Shown: positions 60,432 through 64,000 of the stretch, piece by piece | Position numbering within the stretch: position 1 is the first letter of the stretch | Layout of the letters: each line of letters begins with the position of its first letter | Position numbers and translations under genes: made by a program | NCBI GenBank assembly: GCA_963664815.2 | Contig: CAXXHB010000003.1 | Span: 4,160,001 to 4,224,000, forward strand | Length of the DNA stretch: 64,000 bases | Direction: 5' to 3' | DNA from: Spirochaetota bacterium | Lineage (GTDB): Bacteria; Spirochaetota; UBA4802; UBA5550 | Notes under the pieces: model-generated | The model's database searches: none | Told to the model about the DNA's origin: nothing | Seen by the model: only the letters and a program-made list of their open reading frames with translations

Positions 60432-62303
60432 TTATATTGCCTTATTCAATATTTTATTCATTCTTGCCACAAAAGCATTGGGGCTTTTAAGTTCAATACC
60501 TTCTACAAGCATCGCCTGCTCAAGAAGAAGAAAACTTATATCCTCAATAAGGGCCTCATTATCTGTATTCTCAAGCTTTTTAATTATTTCATGGTCAGGA
60601 TTTATTTCCAGCACCGGTTTAAATTCAGGAAGATTATCCTGTCCCATTGCCTTTAATAAATGCTGCATCTGAACAGTTGGATCATTTTCATCCGCAACTA
60701 TGCAGGACGGAGAATCGCTTAATCTGGTGCTTGCTATTACATCTTTTACGTTATCGCCAAGTTTCTCTTTAATTTTTTTAACGAGAGGTTCAATTTTCTT
60801 TTCTCTCTCTTTATCATCTTCACTTTTAAGATCATCTGCAGCATCGCTTCTGTTTACAGATTTAAGTTCAAAATCCTTATATTTAGGAATTGTTGTGATT
60901 ACGATTTCATCAATTTCATCAGAAAGAATTAAAACTTCAATATTCCTGTTTCTGTACATTTCAAGGAGCGGAGAATTCCTCAGAACTGCATCCTTCCCAC
61001 CGGTTATATAGAAGATAGAGTTCTGATCAGGGGCCATTCGTTCCACATACTCCGAAAGTGTTGTAAACTCATCACCACGGGTGGACTTGTACATCACAAG
61101 TTCAACAAGCTTATCTTTATTTTCATAATCCTGATATAGACCTTCTTTTACCGGAATACCGAACTCTTTCCAGAACTTATTATATTTATCCCTGTTGCCG
61201 GTTTTAAGACTTTCAAGTTCAGATAATATTTTTTTTACTGATGAAGATCGTATTTTTGCCATTACCTTGTTCTGCTGAAGAATTTCACGACTGACATTGA
61301 GAGGGAGGTCTTCTGAATCTATAATCCCCCTGACAAAACGTAGATATGTAGGCATAAGGTCTTTATCATCATCCGTAATGAATACACGTTTAACATAAAG
61401 CTTTACACCCCCTTTATAATCTGCCCGAAAAAGGTCGAGAGGGGCTTTAGAGGGGATATAAAAAAGCGTAGAATAATCGAGAGTTCCCTCTGCCTGAGTA
61501 TGCATGTAAAGCATTGGGTCTTCCACGTCATAAGAAATCTGCCTATAGAACTCGTGGTAATCCTCTTCTTTAAGCTCACTCTTGGAACGTTTCCAGATTG
61601 CTGCCGCAGAATTAACCTGTTCCACCTTATTTTCTTTTATCTCTTTCCTGCTGTCGTCTTCACCTTCATATTTTATATCCTCAAAATGTAGATAAATAGG
61701 GAACGGCACATGATTTGAATACTTTCTTATTATCCCCTGGATTGACCACCTGTTGGCATACTCCTCGCCTTCTGTATTGAGAAAAAGTTTTACCGTTGTT
61801 CCCTGTGTATCTCTATCTGCTTTTTCGATACTGTATTCTTCTTTTCCGTCACTGATCCATTTATACGCGCCAGTTTCTCCTGCTTTCCTTGATATAACTT
61901 CGACTCTATCAGCCACCATAAATCCGGAATAAAAACCTACACCAAACTGCCCTATGAGATTTGAATCCCTTTTTTCATCACCTGTCATGCTGTGAACAAA
62001 ACTCCGGGTCCCGGAACGGGCTATTGTTCCAAGATTTTCATCAAGTTCCTGTTCATTCATTCCTATTCCGGTATCGGATAAAGTAAGTGTTTTTTCATTA
62101 GGATCAAAAGAGATATCTACCCTTGGTTCAAAATCTATCCCCTTATAATTCTCATCAGTAAGTGAAAGAAATTTCAGTTTATCCAGTGCATCTGATGAAT
62201 TTGAAATAAGTTCCCGAAGAAATATCTCCTTGTGGGAATAAAGTGAATGAATAATCAAATGTAAAAGCCTGTTAACCTCTGTTTGAAACTGTTTTTTACT
62301 CAT
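60432..62303 (-). CDS. htpG: Molecular chaperone HtpG (Hsp90)
   Basis: HSLYSHKEIFLRELISN, NLGTIARSGT, IGQFGVGFYS, DSEDLPLNVSRE, LEINPDH. Confidence 0.98.
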   Translation of the reverse strand: MSKKQFQTEVNRLLHLIIHSLYSHKEIFLRELISNSSDALDKLKFLSLTDENYKGIDFEPRVDISFDPNEKTLTLSDTGIGMNEQELDENLGTIARSGTRSFVHSMTGDEKRDSNLIGQFGVGFYSGFMVADRVEVISRKAGETGAYKWISDGKEEYSIEKADRDTQGTTVKLFLNTEGEEYANRWSIQGIIRKYSNHVPFPIYLHFEDIKYEGEDDSRKEIKENKVEQVNSAAAIWKRSKSELKEEDYHEFYRQISYDVEDPMLYMHTQAEGTLDYSTLFYIPSKAPLDLFRADYKGGVKLYVKRVFITDDDKDLMPTYLRFVRGIIDSEDLPLNVSREILQQNKVMAKIRSSSVKKILSELESLKTGNRDKYNKFWKEFGIPVKEGLYQDYENKDKLVELVMYKSTRGDEFTTLSEYVERMAPDQNSIFYITGGKDAVLRNSPLLEMYRNRNIEVLILSDEIDEIVITTIPKYKDFELKSVNRSDAADDLKSEDDKEREKKIEPLVKKIKEKLGDNVKDVIASTRLSDSPSCIVADENDPTVQMQHLLKAMGQDNLPEFKPVLEINPDHEIIKKLENTDNEALIEDISFLLLEQAMLVEGIELKSPNAFVARMNKILNKAI

Positions 62304-62474
62304 TGACTAAACTCCTTTTTATAAATTAATAAATAACCCGTCATACAAAAACGGGTAAATAGATTCTTTAATATTTCATTCCAGAAAATATACATCAAAA
62401 AAATCAAGAAAAAAATTCTAATTCACTATGTACTTTTTTATATTTTCATACAGAGAAAAAAAATAACCGGATAA

Positions 62475-62918
62475 TCAGTCTTCCCCTGAGAAATAAATCA
62501 TAACTGACACAGCAATATAAATCAAGGGTGAAATCAGGTTAAAGAAAAAACCGATGCTCAGAACATAGGGAGCATGTGAAATTGAGTGTGTCGCAAAAAT
62601 AACAAGAACATATACAAAATACCAGAGATTGCAAATTATTCTGACACCCAGATTCACCGGTCCGGTAAAAAATGTTGTGGCAATCATTATCACTACAATC
62701 ATTATAAGGTAAACACCAATTGGATTATTAATACCAAACCATGATTCAAAGATATAGTATTTTGCAATTGGAAGAGTAACCGCCAGAAAAGAAATCAAAG
62801 TATTGGATACAATAATTTTATTAAGCAGTGAAAGTCCCATAAACCAATCAACGACGGTTCTGATAATGTTAGCGCAAAATGAACCGATACTGTACAATAA
62901 TTCTTTTAATGCTTCCAT
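62475..62918 (-). CDS. Hypothetical integral membrane protein
   Basis: About 4 hydrophobic segments; overlaps the upstream HAD gene by 13 nt. Confidence 0.7.
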   Translation of the reverse strand: MEALKELLYSIGSFCANIIRTVVDWFMGLSLLNKIIVSNTLISFLAVTLPIAKYYIFESWFGINNPIGVYLIMIVVIMIATTFFTGPVNLGVRIICNLWYFVYVLVIFATHSISHAPYVLSIGFFFNLISPLIYIAVSVMIYFSGED

Positions 62919-63715
62919 TTTTTACCTGCAATTATATTTAAAAAATCATTTACGGCTTCGGTAAATCCTGCTGGACCTGCTTTATTCATAATTTTCCCTG
63001 CTGCATAATTCATAAAGCTTCCATCCGTTTTCCTTACAACATATGCATAATCAACAGAATCAAGCATCGGAATGTCATTCAGACTGTCACCCACAGCAGC
63101 TGTCATAATCTCATCATTAAAATTATCAGTATAAAACTCAATTATTTTTTTTACCGCTTCACCCTTTCCCGAATCATAAGGAATAAGATGATTAAACCTT
63201 TCACCTTTTGTAATGCAAAGACTATGCTTTTTTAAGAGTCTATTCAGATAAAAAATTTCTGAATCAGTAAAGATATTTGTCTTATCTGTGAGAAAAGGGA
63301 GTGTAGTAATTCTTTTTTTTGAAAGTGCTGCACCTTGCAGATCAAGCCCTGTATACTCTGCTATTTCACTCTCAGGCAAAGAATTCATCCCCTTCAAACT
63401 TCTTCCAGATATTCGCTCCAGTTCAGGAAGAAATTTGATAAGCTCCTCAATTCCCGGACCTTTTAATGTCAGGTTAAAATTCCATTCATCATCCAATGGA
63501 TATGCTATTCCAGCACCATTTTCAAAGACAAACGGATAACAGAGATTAAGTTCTTTCATCATAAGAATCATCTCATCAAATGTCTTGCTTGATACAGCAA
63601 TCAGAGGGATGGACTTTTTTTTAAGAAGAGCTATTGCTTTCAGCGACAGATCGTACCTGTAATTGTTATGATCAATCAGTGTTCCATCAACATCTGTAAA
63701 AAAAATATATTTCAC
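62906..63715 (-). CDS. HAD-IIB hydrolase, mannosyl-3-phosphoglycerate phosphatase family
   Basis: FTDVDGTL, SSKT..E, PFVFENG, GERFNHL, KGEAV, GDSLNDIPML. Confidence 0.88.
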   Translation of the reverse strand: MKYIFFTDVDGTLIDHNNYRYDLSLKAIALLKKKSIPLIAVSSKTFDEMILMMKELNLCYPFVFENGAGIAYPLDDEWNFNLTLKGPGIEELIKFLPELERISGRSLKGMNSLPESEIAEYTGLDLQGAALSKKRITTLPFLTDKTNIFTDSEIFYLNRLLKKHSLCITKGERFNHLIPYDSGKGEAVKKIIEFYTDNFNDEIMTAAVGDSLNDIPMLDSVDYAYVVRKTDGSFMNYAAGKIMNKAGPAGFTEAVNDFLNIIAGKKWKH

Positions 63716-64000
63716 TTCGCTGTCTTCTCTTTTACAAGTAGAAATTCCACACGACGGTTTCTCCTCCTGTTTTCATCATTATTGTTTGGATAAAACGGGA
63801 GGCTCTCACCCATTCCGACATATTTGAGTCTCGCTGTGTCCGTTCCTTTATGCACAAGATAGTTTTTCACTGCTGATGCCCTTTTTTCTGACAATGCAAG
63901 ATTGTACTCTTCATCTCCTGCATCATCAGTATGCCCCTCTATAATTACATTGTATAAACAATACTTTTCAAGTATATGATAAACCCTATCAAGAATCTTT
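63712..64000 (-). CDS. OmpA-family C-terminal peptidoglycan-binding domain protein (5' end outside the window)
   Basis: Frame open to the window edge: IIEGHTDDAGDEEYNLALSEKRA.AV..YL..G.GE..P..N..RRRNRRVEF. Confidence 0.92.
   Translation of the reverse strand, partial: KILDRVYHILEKYCLYNVIIEGHTDDAGDEEYNLALSEKRASAVKNYLVHKGTDTARLKYVGMGESLPFYPNNNDENRRRNRRVEFLLVKEKTAK

Noticed and set aside
102-63539. Numerous 60-190 aa ORFs overlapping or antisense to identified genes (for example 2108-2527, 12569-12955, 23309-23887, 29816-30307, 48982-49494)
   Set aside because: No recognisable motifs or RBS, and they are largely or wholly explained as alternative frames of well-supported CDSs.

Overview
AT-rich bacterial chromosomal window, mostly housekeeping, with about 60 CDS. 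I found no tRNA, rRNA, CRISPR array, transposase or integrase. The gene order PASTA-rpe-rpsP-khpA-rimM-trmD-rplS-rnhB-hypothetical-FlhB-like-HD-GYP-yraN, together with many chemotaxis genes, suggests a free-living spirochaete (inference). Core genes include hemB, hemL, a CBS/DRTGG-type ppaC, aconitase, coaE, pepF, smpB, htpG, trxA, dtd, Pit/DUF47, three MCPs, cheW and cheD. The most notable observations are: (1) a three-gene operon with an Mre11/SbcD-like protein and a membrane-anchored Rad50/YhaN-like protein, both with eroded catalytic motifs, plus a TPR protein; (2) a 1063-aa Zn-ribbon / acidic 41-aa repeat / double DUF4389-like membrane protein carrying a FliM/CheZ-like motif (LSSQDDIDALF) behind a sigma28-like promoter; (3) a radical SAM/SPASM enzyme paired with a very short CYG-motif lipoprotein; (4) two candidate structured RNAs (17056-17152, and 38987-39098 upstream of a SET-domain gene); (5) a Rex-like operator and a probable sigma28 leaderless small gene. 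All family assignments come from motif recognition by eye. No database searches or folding programs were run.
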